The notes under the pieces are model-generated. The model did no database searches, had not been told where the DNA came from, and worked only from the letters and a program-made list of their open reading frames with translations. The translations under genes and the position numbers were made by a program. A DNA stretch of 61,376 bases, counting the filler, from Hausera hauseri (taxonomy: Eukaryota): assembly GCA_046269625.1 (NCBI GenBank). It is 10 parts of 10 records of this genome, joined end to end, with 100 filler letters (N's around TTAATTAATTAA, not from the genome) between each part and the next. Parts side by side here need not be neighbours in the genome. Positions count along the whole stretch, not along the records: positions 35,049 to 39,710 come from JBJURY010485353.1; positions 39,811 to 46,014 come from JBJURY010126651.1; positions 46,115 to 55,943 come from JBJURY010281062.1; 7 more parts are not named here. The stretch is one strand, 5' to 3'. Shown one piece after another: positions 35,049 to 47,971 of the stretch (its first letter is position 1; each line of letters starts with the position of its first letter).

Positions 35049-38000
35049 ACCAGTATTAAACTCATTAAATGTTTTTTACGTTTTGTCAACCTAATAACAT
35101 GAACGGCAGTCTGGAAATACAACATTAGTAAAATATTGGTTGAAACAAAGAAACGAAAATTTTATTAAATTTCAAAATTCCACTGCTTTTTAAAGGGAAA
35201 ATTGAAGAGGTGCAAAATGACGTAACACTTACAAGTCCATATTGCTATTTGCCTGTATGACTTACCATATTAGATCCATTCATTTTCGAATGTTCATCGA
35301 GCACTCGGTAGACTCAAATGTAAAATGTTTCTCCCTTATTCGACTGTTAACGGGCTTGTCAGCTCGTGTCTGATGCAGACATATTTTAACCAAAATCCGG
35401 CGATGTCCTTTCATCTCACAATCGAATAGTATGGGAAAGTTCGAATATAAACGTTCCGAGACGAATTTTACTTTGAGAATATTCAAAATATGTGATGTGG
35501 CTCATGAATAATATTTTGCTTTAATACGAGTGGGCGTGCTTTCGGATAAATCACACAAAACGTCATTACTAATTTCATGATTGAAGAAATTAACTCCGGC
35601 TTTCAAGATTTTCCACAAATTTCCAACCGCGTTGACATCAGCAATATTACCAGCCTACTCAATACATCCCAACCCAGATTCAATCTTAAATTGAATAACG
35701 CAGCCATTCAGCTCGATTTTTCTTCTGTTGTAAGGTTAAAAGTGGCATGAAAAAATCAATTTCAGATAAAGGCTCTTTGCTGGCTGACATGACAATTAAT
35801 ATAATAAAATCATGGGCTAATACCTTTTATCCATTATTTTTAATTTACGCCATACCATGCACATACATACCAAAATTGAGTAATTTTGAATGTATTAAAT
35901 ATTGATTATTAATTAACAGTAGAATATCCGATATACAATTATTGATCAATTTATATTTGTATTTGACTCTAACTTTTGTGTACTTTGCAATCATAACGGA
36001 AACAGTTATTTACATAAATATATCCCACAAAATTCACCAGAAATTTATTCCAAAGTTTGACTCATTGCAAATCGTGTGTATCACATTCCAATTTTTTAAT
36101 TTTCAGGTTCCAGATGTTTTCCACCAGAAATTCATTTGGTATATCATCAGAACGTTTGTTACGTTCACCGTTGGGCTTTCAATCGGGTACTATTTCAGAC
36201 GAATTAGATCTGTACGTTCGACGTATTTTATGTTGGTGTTATTTGTACCTGTTGCACTCATCATGTTGCATCTGGTCACTTATTGATTGTGTCAAAGTGT
36301 TTGTGTCATTTCTGATTGGTGATGATGATGATGATGCCTTTACTTTTTCCTTTGATATCATTTTTTGACGAATCCTTGTATTGTCTTATTATTTGTTATT
36401 TAACCGTTGTGATATAATGTCAAGTTTTCGTATGGCTTTTCTGTAACAATATTACGTGATTTTTGCCTTAGTACTTTTTGATCGGATTTAGTCATGTCAT
36501 TTGATTTGTACAGTCAATGCGTTCTCAGCTGTACAATCTGATTTCCTTGTGATGTAATATATTAGGTCTAATGTTTGTTTGTGACTTTTGTGACTGAAGA
36601 ATTTTACAAGTTCTTCAAAATTCCTTGGCATTGTGGAACTGTGTTGGCTATCCGTCGATAACGAGCAAAAGTAAAAATTCCAAAATAAAACCAATGTCCA
36701 AGATGGCTTACATAGATTCAAAAAAAGGCTTGAAAAAATTTATTCATTAATTCATCAAAACACATCGGCACAAAAAAATCTAAAAAAAGTAAGATCTACA
36801 TTACGCAACTATTACACAATTTGGATTTATTTTTACATCCGATTGGTCTTAAATCGGGAAGATTGTTAACAATTTTTGGTTCGTGAACTAATTTTCGAAA
36901 GCATGGAGATTCGAATAATTTAGCCATATTTTGTTGACAGCGTTGAGGCGGCAAATTCGATCGTTCCACAAAAGGTTGTTAAGATAGTTTCTGTTTTTTT
37001 ATTTATTGTTTTTTGAATGTCCGGATCACGCCGTTTGGTTGTTTTTGATTGAATATCGGGGAAATTAAGAATCGCATCATCCGAAACGTCGGTTTTTGTA
37101 TATGTTTGGCAATTTGTCAATTGAGACTTGTGGACAGTTTGCGAATAAGACAGAATTTTATTTGGATCAATTAATCCAACGGGAATTTCATTTCGAGTCC
37201 GTCTAATAGTTGGAGAACACATAGCCGTTGAAATTTTTTGAGACGGGCACTAAGGAATTGTATTTTTAATCATTTGAGGTACTGATTGTATGTTTGTCAT
37301 ATATGATAAATTCGATTGATTATCTGTTAACATCAGAAAACTACTCAATGAAGAATGAGACAAAATATCTATTTCATCCAAATTATCGGTAGCACTTCCA
37401 TTTTCGCGAGCTCGAATAACACTCAAAAATACATTACCATGCGGTTCACTACTTACATCTTTACTCAAAACTTCTTTGATAACTTCATAAATTGCATCTC
37501 TAGAATATGTCAATGTTTTGTTGTGAACCAGCGTGCTTCTTGACGTTAAATTAATATGGGATTGCTTTGGCGAATAACTACTACTTTCTCTATCTGATAT
37601 GGATGAATTTTCAGACCCAATATTTGGTTGCGGTGATTATATGATAGTTGAAGGTTATTGAGCTTTTAATGGTATATGCGCAAGGGAAGAAATTGGTGCA
37701 ACGGGATGGTCCTGTGCAGGAAGAACCTTTTGTACTAAAATTGTTAATTGATTTGGTGCGACGGTAATATCACCAGAATTATCGACACTACTGCCACGAT
37801 TTTGATTTGCTTTATTACTCGAACTGCGTTTATTGTAAAACTTTCTATTTTTTGTATTGTTCGACATGAACCGAGCTCTCATGTTCTGATTAAACGAATT
37901 GATAGTCGTTGGATTATTAAAAAAACTGTAGGCAATAGAACTCGTTAAATTTTGAGCAATTTTTTGCTGTCTCTCAGTTGTATTTTGATACACATTCTCT

Positions 38001-38072
38001 GAAAGTTGTTCTGTTTAAAATGCCCGTCATCGGGTTAAAGATTCATCCTGATCCACCAAGATCATTTACAAT

Positions 38073-38200
38073 TGTCGTACGCCAAGGTATGGATCATGCG
38101 GAAAACCGGGATACGACTATGGGCCCGACGCGGCGGCGACGAACGCCCGGCCGTGCCCAACCAAATGGGCCAAAGGGCACTGGCCGCTGTGGGCACCACA
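38073..38200 (-). repeat. short GC-rich LTR (copy 1)
   Basis: TG...CA bounded 128 bp following a PPT; related copies at 42305-42426 and 45862-45989. Confidence 0.7.
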
Positions 38201-39440
38201 TTACCCCCCGTGGCAAAGTAAAAACTATAAAGGGTAAAAAAGAAAGAAAAAATTCAAAACGAAAAAGTTTCTGTCAGTCGGTCTTAGTGTGAACAAGACG
38301 TTGGGTGCCTTCTAGTGATTTTTCCCTGCCATACTTGCTGAATATGATTGTGCGTGTTTTGTTTTTATGCTGTATGTTTGCTTGCAGAGGTTGAAGTTTG
38401 GGAAAAAATTGTCGGATTTTGTTGTGAATGTTGTGTCATGCAAAGATAAGTCAGAATAAAGATAAGAAGGTGAAGGAGGAAGAGAGATTGTTCAAGACGA
38501 AGGAATGATTAAAGGTGTAGTGGCGGATAAAGGAAAAGAAAAAGAAGTTGGAGTAAAAGCCGAAATGAAATTGTGTAAAAGAGTGGAAGTGGAAGATGAA
38601 GCAGAGGTAGTGATAGAGAAAGGAAGAGCGATAAGGATACAAGTAAAGAAAGGAGGAAGTCGCGAAGTGGATGTAAAAGGGGTAGAAGACAATGTGTGAG
38701 GAGAAAAGGAGAAAGAAAGCGCCGAAGATGAGGATAGCGTGGAGGGAAAATGGAAGAGAGAGATGACGGAAAGAGGTACAAAACGGAAGAGACCAAGAAG
38801 ATGAAAAAGGCGAAGGAAAGTAGTTGGAAGGTGGTGTGCAAGGGGTTGGAATCATGAAAGGAGTGGATGGAGAGATTGGTGAAGTCAAAGTGATATTTGA
38901 TGGAGGAAGTACTGTAAAAGGAGAAAACAGGTTGTTACCAGGGGATGGAGATGTTGGAAGGCTTGAAGGTGCAAAATCGGATGGGGAGAAAGAGGCTGAA
39001 TTATGAGAAGAAATTGAAGTGGACGTTTTGGGAGAAAACGTAGGGAAAAGTGGATTAAGACATTGAGCAGAGATGGAAAGTGAATTGTTGGATTGCTGCG
39101 CGTTGTATAAAGATGTTGGTGGAAAAGTGACTGCGACGGGAGATGTATAGTCGATGAAGAAAGCCGGTTTAGCATTATTGATGTGAACGGTTACTTCTTT
39201 GTCGCCTTTGAGAATGATGATGTTGTGGGAGTGTAAGCGAATTACTTTGTAAGGGCCGACATACTGAAGTCGAAAACCACACGGTGTCTGAATCTTTAAC
39301 CAAACGAATTTGGCATTATATAAATCATCGGGTATGTAAGGTTTATTTCCGAGTAATAGTCTGCAAAATGAGTCTTTGCTGATTTCAACGAAGTGTCTCT
39401 GTGCCGCTTGTATGGTTTCGTCTGTAGAAGAGTAGTTAGA
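38073..39440 (-). mobile_element. 3' end of a Gypsy element (integrase tail, S/P/T-rich extension, PPT, 3' LTR)
   Basis: QYVGPYKVI (GPY/F motif), VHINNAKPA; minus-strand GGGGGGTAA polypurine tract (38209-38201) abutting TGTGG at 38200; clearly similar to 46200-46900. Confidence 0.8.
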
Positions 39441-39710
39441 AGGGAGGAGTTGGCGCCAACCCCCCCTCCGGGGAAGGAAAGAAACCAATGGGAAAAGGAC
39501 ACGTCATCGGGGGAAGGGAAACTGGCGAAAGGGAAGAGGACACGTCATTGGGGGAAGGAAAATGTGTAAGGAAAAGTGACCAATGAGAAACAAAGTTGGC
39601 GCCGATTGGGTTTCACTATTCCCACCCCAGAACAAAGCGGTTTTGAACAAAGCGGTATTAAAGAGAAAAGCATAAGACATAAAAATTTATTTACATAACA
39701 TTTACAAATC

Positions 39711-39810
39711 NNNNNNNNNNNNNNNNNNNNNNNNNNNNNNNNNNNNNNNNNNNNTTAATTAATTAANNNNNNNNNNNNNNNNNNNNNNNNNNNNNNNNNN
39801 NNNNNNNNNN
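39711..39810. other. artificial contig spacer
   Basis: N44-TTAATTAATTAA-N44. Confidence 0.97.
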
Positions 39811-41950
39811 ACTTTCGCACCACCAGTTAAAGGTATTTCTGTGATACTTATATTTGGACTCCTCGTAAACGATTGTGCCGTACTGATTCTGTCTAAATGA
39901 AATAAAGGATATTTAGTAACGGATGATTGTTTTATGATACTGGCTTGAATCATTGTTTTTTCTGTGTTGCTTCGTTCAACTGTTCCTGCCACCATTGTTC
40001 AAAATCGTGAACCATTTTCACTTTACTCGTTTCTAACAAATGTTGCATGTTCTCAGTAACAGTTTTCAGCTGCTTTAGCTTTAAATAGGCCTCTATATAC
40101 CGAAGTTTTTCAACATCCATTAGTCGTCTCAATTCCAATTCCTCGGATGTTGTCACTAAAGATACATCATTTGTCAATCGATTCGGATCGGCAACGATCA
40201 ACTGTTGAACACGGACCCGACTAATTTCGCTTTTGATTTTGTTTGTGCTTTCTTTAGCATTATTCAGTATTTGTCCTAGATCTTTAGCTTCGGCATACTT
40301 TACTCGTAATTCATCTTTCTGTGCTTGAATTTGAGCATTTAAATAATAATTTCCTCTAAAAATATCAAAGGCTTCTTCTCGTCCTACTGACATATCACTT
40401 AATAATCTTTGATGTTTCGATCGGTGAACGTTAAATTCGATTCTGATTCTTTAATAACATGTGAATTCGACTGAGATGTATTCTGAGATGGAATTGGTGA
40501 TTTTGAATCAGTGACGAATGTTCTGTTTCGTAAAGATAAATCAGCATTATCCGTATTCTTGTCATTTATTTCTTTGGCTTTTCTCAACAATGATACCAAA
40601 AATCTATTTCACTATCTCTGAGAAATTATTTCTCGGAGTTGAGTAACTTCTTTATTTACAATGGTATTGTTATAAACTATGATTGGAAGTAACTGATAGT
40701 CTTGCTTTTATGGTGGATTTTCTAATATCATTTTTTTGGCTTTGTGACATGATTCCTTCATGATATTGAAAGCTACATTAATCCTTCTAATATCCGAATA
40801 AATTTCCTTTGGAAGACGTGCCTCATTGTTGTCAATGAAATGCATAACGTCATTTCGACATCGTTTGATAATGTCCTCGTTTAGATCAAAATTTTCCCAC
40901 TCTTCCGGTGAATCTTTAAGTCGAATTTGACTTTGCAAATCTTCGATTTGATTTCATAATTGTTTGATTATTAATTGAGGATCAATGTCCTCATTTAAAA
41001 TGGCTTCGTTCTTAATTAGTGCAATTCTCTGTGAAAATCGGCATGTTAATATTGATTCCAACAGATTGCGCCTTTCGATGCTAATTGTTGCAATCATCGT
41101 TGTCATGCAGTTACCTTCGAGAATGTCTCGAAGAACCGATGTCATCATACTATTCCTGTATGGTATATGGCTTCTATTTTTTTGACAAAGCCACAATAAC
41201 CTGTTCTAAATAGTGTAATGACGAATTTATATACTTAGCTTCGGTTAACAGAAGTCCATCAACTCCGGTTTTATAAACTCTCTCTGAACCTGCTAGATCC
41301 ACTAAATGAAGTTTGGATTTAATAACAACAGCTGAACCAACGTCTCGAGAACTCAAATGAATCGTGAAAATACAGTGAGATAGTGTGGAGGCTTGATTCA
41401 TAGGAGTCTCGGCAACCATTCGATTGGTATCTCTAATAAATAGCAGATTTAAATCTTCTTCTTCATTATGGACAGAGTGAATAGATGTTTTTCAAATTTA
41501 CATTTCCTCGGAATCTTCAAGCATTGTAACTTTGTTGAGATACTCCAATTTCTGTGCCATATCGTGTTTGGTACCGAGCAGGTCGTATCCATTTTAATTG
41601 TATATTTCTTTTAATACGATACTTGAATTGTACTCAACCCTGCCTTATCTCGACGAAGATATTCAAATATGTATGACAAAGTTCGAGGAATTATTCTTCT
41701 ATCAGAGTATTTCTCTGTTCCACCAGTTATTGTAAATGTTTTTTTACTACCCGTTTGTCCGTAGGCAAATATCGTGCCGTTATAACCTTTGATGAAATTT
41801 TCGATGACCGGTTTGACTACGGCTTCAAATAATGTTTTCTTGGTCGGAATCCTGGTTGAACACACGAGAGAATTTAAATATGAAATTATCTTTTCGATTT
41901 TGATATTTGTTTTTATCTGATTCAGCAATATTGACAAATTCGTTTTCACA
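39811..41950 (-). pseudogene. KIF6: intronless kinesin-9 (KIF6-like) pseudogene
   Basis: GYNGTIFAYGQTGSKKT (mutated P-loop), AETPMNQAST.SHCIFTIH, LHLVDLAGSER, TEAKYINSSLHYLEQVI, RSHIPYRNSMMTSVLRD, C-terminal REEAFDIF...FEQWW and IPLTG; several frameshifts and stops. Confidence 0.9.
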
Positions 41951-42304
41951 TTTGGAGGGTTTGCTGTAGAAGGAGTTGCTTTGTGAGTCTAATCAATATA
42001 TGGGTTCAAGATGGCTAGAAAGATCGATTGATGAAGAGCACCGGCTGAGAACTGATAATGAGACGTTGAAGAGTCATTGATGACTGAATCTGAACGGGGA
42101 TCTGAATTGAGGATGAAGAAGAATTGGAGAGTCCGTTGGTAACAACATTTGATGTTTCTTACTGTAAAACGTTTGAGCTGAGATTGACTGACGGTAATGA
42201 ATGAGATGGAAGAATGGGCAACTTTAAGTGGTTTGATATGTACAAGTTCTGTAATTCGGATGGAACGATAGCGTATTAAGGCATATTTAAATTTGTCAGA
42301 GTGC

Positions 42305-42426
42305 TGTAGTGAGTTCTTTTGGAGTGGGAGATCGGGGCCCGCCTATGGACCCGACACGGCGGCAGCGGACTCCCGGCCGTGTCCAACCAAATGGGCCAAA
42401 GGGCGCCTGCCGCTGTGGACACCACA
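42305..42426 (-). repeat. short GC-rich LTR-like repeat (copy 2, apparently solo)
   Basis: shares CCCGAC.CGGCGGC...CCGGCCG...CCAAATGGGCCAAAGGGC...GCCGCTGTGG.CACCACA with copies 1 and 3; no target-site duplication seen. Confidence 0.7.
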
Positions 42427-42429
42427 CTG

Positions 42430-43460
42430 GTACGTCACTCTTTGTTGCGCCAAATGTACTGAGTAACCCCAACATCGTGTCACAAGCAAACCGACTGAAA
42501 ATGACACCGACAGTACAAACAGCATTCACTCAGGATCTTATATCTGAGTGTGGGGTAATGTTTCAATGGTCCTTGCATCTTGTGCAACTGCGGATCGTGC
42601 CAGGAGCAAGGTTGTAGCTCAGATTGGAAGTATTCGAGAGGAATGGAACCCTTCAAAGCTATGTACACTGCACTGTGACGGCAAACCGACATCAACTTTG
42701 ACGAATCACCTGGTATCTAAAGGAGCCAAAGTGCTTGTTGGTGATGTGGCACAGATGAAGCTTTTGGGGGTACCGAGTTATCACAAGACAACAGACCAGA
42801 CTGCAGGCGCAATCATTGCAGATCTGACGATGAAACTGACGACTGAGTGAAAGTGCAGCAACAATATTATCAAGATGGCGTTCGATACAACAGGTGCAAA
42901 CACAGGTCATCTGTCAGCTGTCTGTGTTGCAATCCGAGACAAACTCCAGCGAGCAGTTCTGTGGTCGGGGTGCAGTCATCACATTAACAGTGTTGTGATT
43001 TCACACGTCTTCACCGATCGAAACATCAAAATCGCTGGATGCCACTCTCTTCACTCGACTACACAGTAATTGCGATTTGGTGCCTCACAGTTCCGGAGAT
43101 GTGCATATGTTTCAGCCACCTGATCACAATCCAGAAGCCTAGGCCCTGTTGAAAACAATATCAGATAAATAAAGTGCTTGTATTGTTGAAGTAGTCGACT
43201 TCCTGTGAGACGACTATGCTGAGTTCGTAGAACTGACGCTGCTCTTTCTAGGAGCCGGTGAAGAGGAAGTGCAGTTTCGCCGATCTGGTGCACTTCATAG
43301 CGCCCGGTGGATGGCAAGGCCTCAAGATTTCATAACTGGAGAAGACCATTGAACAGCCGCCACCAGAAACAATCACCAGCCTACAACAGATGTCGAAAGT
43401 CCGAGCATTTGTCACTTTCCTGACTCACATATATTGCAAGTGGTGGCTTACTTTCACAAA
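42430..43460 (+). mobile_element. hAT-superfamily (hATm-like) transposase remnant
   Basis: LHCDGK, KLLGVP, MAFDTTGANTG, LWSGCSHH (CxxH), GALHSARWMA (RW motif). Confidence 0.72.
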
Positions 43461-43779
43461 AACTGCATTGCAGCCAAGTAGACAATATACCGTTGTGGCA
43501 AAACTAACAGTGCCCCTCTGTATTACTGTGCAACTTAGGGTTAATATGAATTAAAAAAACATTCACAGAGAGGTCAGTGAGTATTTACAGTGACTACTCA
43601 TGGTTATAATAATGAATGAATTAAAGGCTTTTATAAACCACACACGTTATTGTTTTGAGGAACAGATTATGTTAAACCGATTAAGTAAACATTTGGATAT
43701 CAACCAAGCACAGTCTCTTGAAAGACTTTGACATGAGATCATTAGTTATTGTAATTAATTAAAATGATAACTATTATCC

Positions 43780-45700
43780 GATTTTGACACGGATCCACGT
43801 AAATAGCATCGATCATCGTCCATTTTATTTGATTCATCGACCACAAGCCGTCCACCAATGTCAGCAATTCGATTCTAAATGTTATAGTACAGATTGTCCA
43901 ATTTTGTTAAGTGATCTGGTCGCAATTTTGTATCAAAATACAAAACATCTTCATCGCCGAAAAATCCCATCCGTCGTTTGTGTTTCTTACCATTGTAATG
44001 AACAATACGGATATTCAATGAATTTAGCGATATCAAGTAGTGTGCACAAAATGACTGTCGAAGCAAAGGTCGTAAATTTGATGGAATTGGAACGTAATCA
44101 TTTAATTTTTCAATAGTGTCATCAAAAGGGGCTACCGATTTACGAATTATTAACAAAAAATGGCGTAAAATAAACAATTTCAAATTTCAAAAGTTGACAA
44201 AAATCTATTTGAATATTAAAACGAATTTCATAATCCGTACATTTCCGATATCATTTATGTAATTTTCACACAATCGGTACAGAAAACTTTTTCATTTTAG
44301 TATTAAAAATATCCGGTCGCATTTGAGACATCCCCTGTAAATACAAATTTCGTTCTTTGGTTACCGAATTGAAACACCATTATGGCATCGACTTCGAGTG
44401 CTTGTGCTGCTTCATCAACAAAAACATAGTGGAACATTGTTTCTTTGTTAAAATCACAGGTAAATTTAGATAGTGTATCCACAGCGTTATCGAGAGTACT
44501 GATCAGAACTCGGTTAGTCTGTATAGTTTCTGTAGTAACGTTGGGTGTCGGTAAACTTGAAAAACATCCTTTAAAAGTTTATCATTTACAAGTGCGCCAT
44601 TTTCTTTCGAATCTGTCGAAAATGAAACAATTGAATGTCACTAAATTCCTTGAGTTGTTTCTCATTACCAATATCAACTCGAATACTTTTCTGATAGGAA
44701 ACTGTCACTGAGTTCATTGCAAAAACAAACTCAAGTATTTGGTAATATGTTCCACTGCATTTTGAAAAAAATAATGCCAAATCGAATATTTGAAACCGGT
44801 TTTTCCGGAAATATTAGCTGTTGATCGGAAAAACGTAATTTCTGATACTCTTCACATTTTATCAATTAAAAAAACGGTCTGGAATGATCTTCACGAAGGT
44901 AAATGGAATTCAAAATCCAACTGTTTCTTTCACTATTTAAGCAGAGTATCTGTTTAATTGGATTTTTGCAACATTTAACATTGGAAGGAAATTTCGGAAT
45001 GTCCAATAGTATAAAATTTGGCTACGGAAATAATTTCGATGAACTAGGAGGACTGTACGTGTATAATGACATAAAATTGCGATACCGAATTCTGGTGATC
45101 ATCTCTTTATGCTCATTTTCATCATGTGGAGAGTAGCAACTGCAATTATTCAGTTCCCGGCACAGAGTCGGAGTCAGAGTTCTCGGTATTTTAAAGAACC
45201 AACGCCTCTTTTTGTACGCTTCATAATTCTTAACATGCTGATCACCAGCTAAATGCTTCTTTACTTCCGGTTCCGATTTGATCATTTTGCAGCAAAACCA
45301 ACAGAAATAGTCCTTCGACTTTTCTTCATGTTCTATTCGTCTATTGTCTTCAGCATCGCTTGGAACGGAATTCACATACGTATTTGGACATTCGGGTATG
45401 GAGTCATATCTTATGTTTCTCGACATTGCTGCTTGTGGAATCGGTTTGTACACGAAAGACTTGAAATGTTTCTTAAACATTTCTTCTACTTTGTACACCT
45501 TATGCGTTTTCATCCAATCCCAAACGAAATACTCAAAATCATTCAGTGCAAAATTACACCATCGGTCATGATCCGATCGTTTATCTTTGTGTTCGCATTT
45601 TTTCACTGACGATCATTCTTGTGACGAATTGTTGTGAAAGTCACGAACAAAATTATCCTAATTATTCGGATTGACAAATACCGAAAAAATTTTTTCGACA
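43780..45700 (-). pseudogene. HELZ: HELZ-like zinc-finger SF1 helicase remnant, internally deleted
   Basis: CNFA...YFVWDWMK, CWFC..12..HLAGDQH C2H2 finger, GTYYQILEFVF, then RVLISTL..FHYVFVDEAAQALE...TKFVFTGD (motifs II-III, ~44510-44330); no Walker A found. Confidence 0.7.
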
Positions 45701-45861
45701 TAATTCCTTGATGTAAAAATCACATTCCTGGCTGTATGTCATCACAAATTTTACATAAAAAATTTAATTTTCTTTTTGTCTGAACCTCAGACTTCGAGGA
45801 ATAATTTTCAACTGCATTCATTTTTAGCCTGCCCAGTAGTATCTCCAGCAACTGGTTAAAC

Positions 45862-45989
45862 TGTAGATGCTGCTTAAATCCGCGAGTCGGAAGACCGGGG
45901 CCCGACTACGTGCCCGACGCGGCGGCAACAGACATCCGGCCGCGCCCTACCAAATGGGCCAAAGGGCACCGGCCGCTGTGGGCACCACA
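45862..45989 (-). repeat. short GC-rich LTR-like repeat (copy 3, apparently solo)
   Basis: same core as copies 1 and 2; TG...CA, 128 bp. Confidence 0.7.
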
Positions 45990-46014
45990 ACTGGTTTGAA
46001 TGGTTTGAATTATA

Positions 46015-46114
46015 NNNNNNNNNNNNNNNNNNNNNNNNNNNNNNNNNNNNNNNNNNNNTTAATTAATTAANNNNNNNNNNNNNNNNNNNNNNNNNNNNNN
46101 NNNNNNNNNNNNNN
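46015..46114. other. artificial contig spacer
   Basis: N44-TTAATTAATTAA-N44. Confidence 0.97.
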
Positions 46115-46199
46115 GTTTTATCCATTATAATGACTTCAGTCAGATGTACTATGACAATTCGTATTCCGATTATGTTCTACAACCCAGTCATCAACACAT

Positions 46200-47125
46200 C
46201 GTAAATGGAAGGGGTAAATGACGATGTGTGAGGAGAAAGGGAGAAAGAAAGTGCCGAAGATGAGGAAGGTGTGGAAGGAGAAAGAGAGAGAGAGAGAAAA
46301 CTATGAAGAGTGACAAAACGGAAAAGAGCCAGAAGATGGAGAGATTGGTGAAGTCGAAGTGGTGTTTGACGGAAGAGGTCTTGTAAAAGGGGAAAGCAGG
46401 TTTTCACCAGGGGATGAAGGAAGTGTTAAAAGGCTTAAAGGTGTGTAATCGGATAGGGATAAATGGGGTGAACTGTCAGAAAAACTTGAAGTAGAAGTAT
46501 TTGGAGAAAATGTAGGGGGAAGTTGGTTAAAAACTTAACAGGAATGGAAGGTGAATTGCTGGATTGCTGCACGTTGTGTAATGATGTTAATGGAAAATTG
46601 GTTTCGATGGGAGACGTATCGTCAATGAAGAAAGCCGGCTTAGCGTTTTTGATGTGGGCTGTTACTTTCTAGTCATCCTTGAGAATGACGATGTTGTGAC
46701 GTAAACAAATTACTTTGTAAGGGCCAACATACTGAGGTTGAAAATCACACGGTGTCTGATTCTTTGGCCAAACGAACTTAGCAGTATATAAATCGTCCGG
46801 TATATATGGTTTATTTCCGTGTAATAGTCTACAAAATGAGTTTTTGCTGATCGCAATAAAGTGTTTCTGGGCCACTTGTATGGTTTCATCTGTAGGAATA
46901 TTGTCCAACTCAGCCAGCTCGAATAATGGTCTGATAGAAGTACCAAATAATTCTTCTGCAGGTGAACAGCCTGTAGACATAGATGGTATGTTCAACCAGC
47001 CAAGTAGAAAGTACGGAAGGAGTGTAGTCCAACTGAGATTGGACTCAGCAAGGATCTTGAGAGAGGTTTTCATCGTTTGGTGAAAGCGTTCGAGAAAGCC
47101 ATTCGATTGAGGATGATGTTGTTTC
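46200..47125 (-). mobile_element. Gypsy integrase C-terminal fragment (same family as 38073-39440)
   Basis: HHPQSNGFLERFHQTMKTSL, TGCSPAEELFG, QPQYVGPYKV. Confidence 0.85.
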
Positions 47126-47832
47126 TTAGTCGATTCAGAAATTTTAAATAATCCCATTGAGACAAATAACATAAAGCCAAATGGGTAAACAAATTTGTAT
47201 TAACTTTACAAATTCAAACTAAAAAAATCGTTAATTTATATACATAGATCCTTGATATATTTAAATATTGGTAACCCATGACATCTAAGTCGTAATCAAT
47301 TGTCTTCTTTAATTCCATAAATAATAAGGTATTTTTGTTGGGAAAATGACAGCCAGTCGCGGGATATAAGTTTTAGACTATAGGCCGAATATTTGATGAA
47401 TATTTTCATTTTGGCGGAAGAACAAGAAAACACTTGATCGAAACTTTTGTTGACGTATTTATTAACCTGCCTTTGAACTTTCTTTCAATTATCCATTATT
47501 GTCATATTGTCAAAGAATTGTATATTGAATCACTCACCGCTAATTTAATTTAACGTTGATCTTATGGTGTCATCATATACAGTAATTAAAAACATGACAA
47601 TGACACCTGCTTTTTGATCACTCAGATATTTATTTGATCAGATTTATTTGACCTTAGTCTTCCACTGATTAGTGAATATTAACAATACCGTCATAGAATA
47701 ATAAGTGGTGTGTTGTATAGTCTGGATTTATGGTATCCAGTATTTTGATGTTGTGTTCGGATATAAGAAAATCTTTCTGTTGTAAATTGAGTCATCGTGT
47801 CAAATCTCAAATAGGGATCTATAAATTTGGGT

Positions 47833-47971
47833 TGTTGTAGTCCTGATTAGATATTCTGGCATGATGAGATAAAGACAGCAAGAGCGCATCAATTTGTCGA
47901 CAATTGCAAACAAATAACGACAAATCAGAAAACAATAACAGTGTATTTACAAAGTCCTGTTGGGTACAACA
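47833..47971 (-). repeat. 139-bp 3' LTR with TGTTGTA...TACAACA termini
   Basis: 7-bp terminal inverted repeat, preceded on the minus strand by CTTTGTCACGGAGGACGTGA, homologous to the PPT context at 38201-38218. Confidence 0.75.

Noticed and set aside
35240-38030. Series of minus-strand ORF fragments suggesting another pseudogene
   Set aside because: Low-complexity S/N/T-rich pieces with no recognisable family
38098-38200. tRNA, 5S or self-cleaving ribozyme identity for the GC-rich repeat (it ends in CACCA)
   Set aside because: No cloverleaf, A/B boxes or hammerhead core seen; PPT plus TG..CA context fits an LTR better
39811-41950. Tiny introns explaining the KIF6 breaks
   Set aside because: Breaks examined are 1-2 nt indels or point stops with no GT-AG inserts
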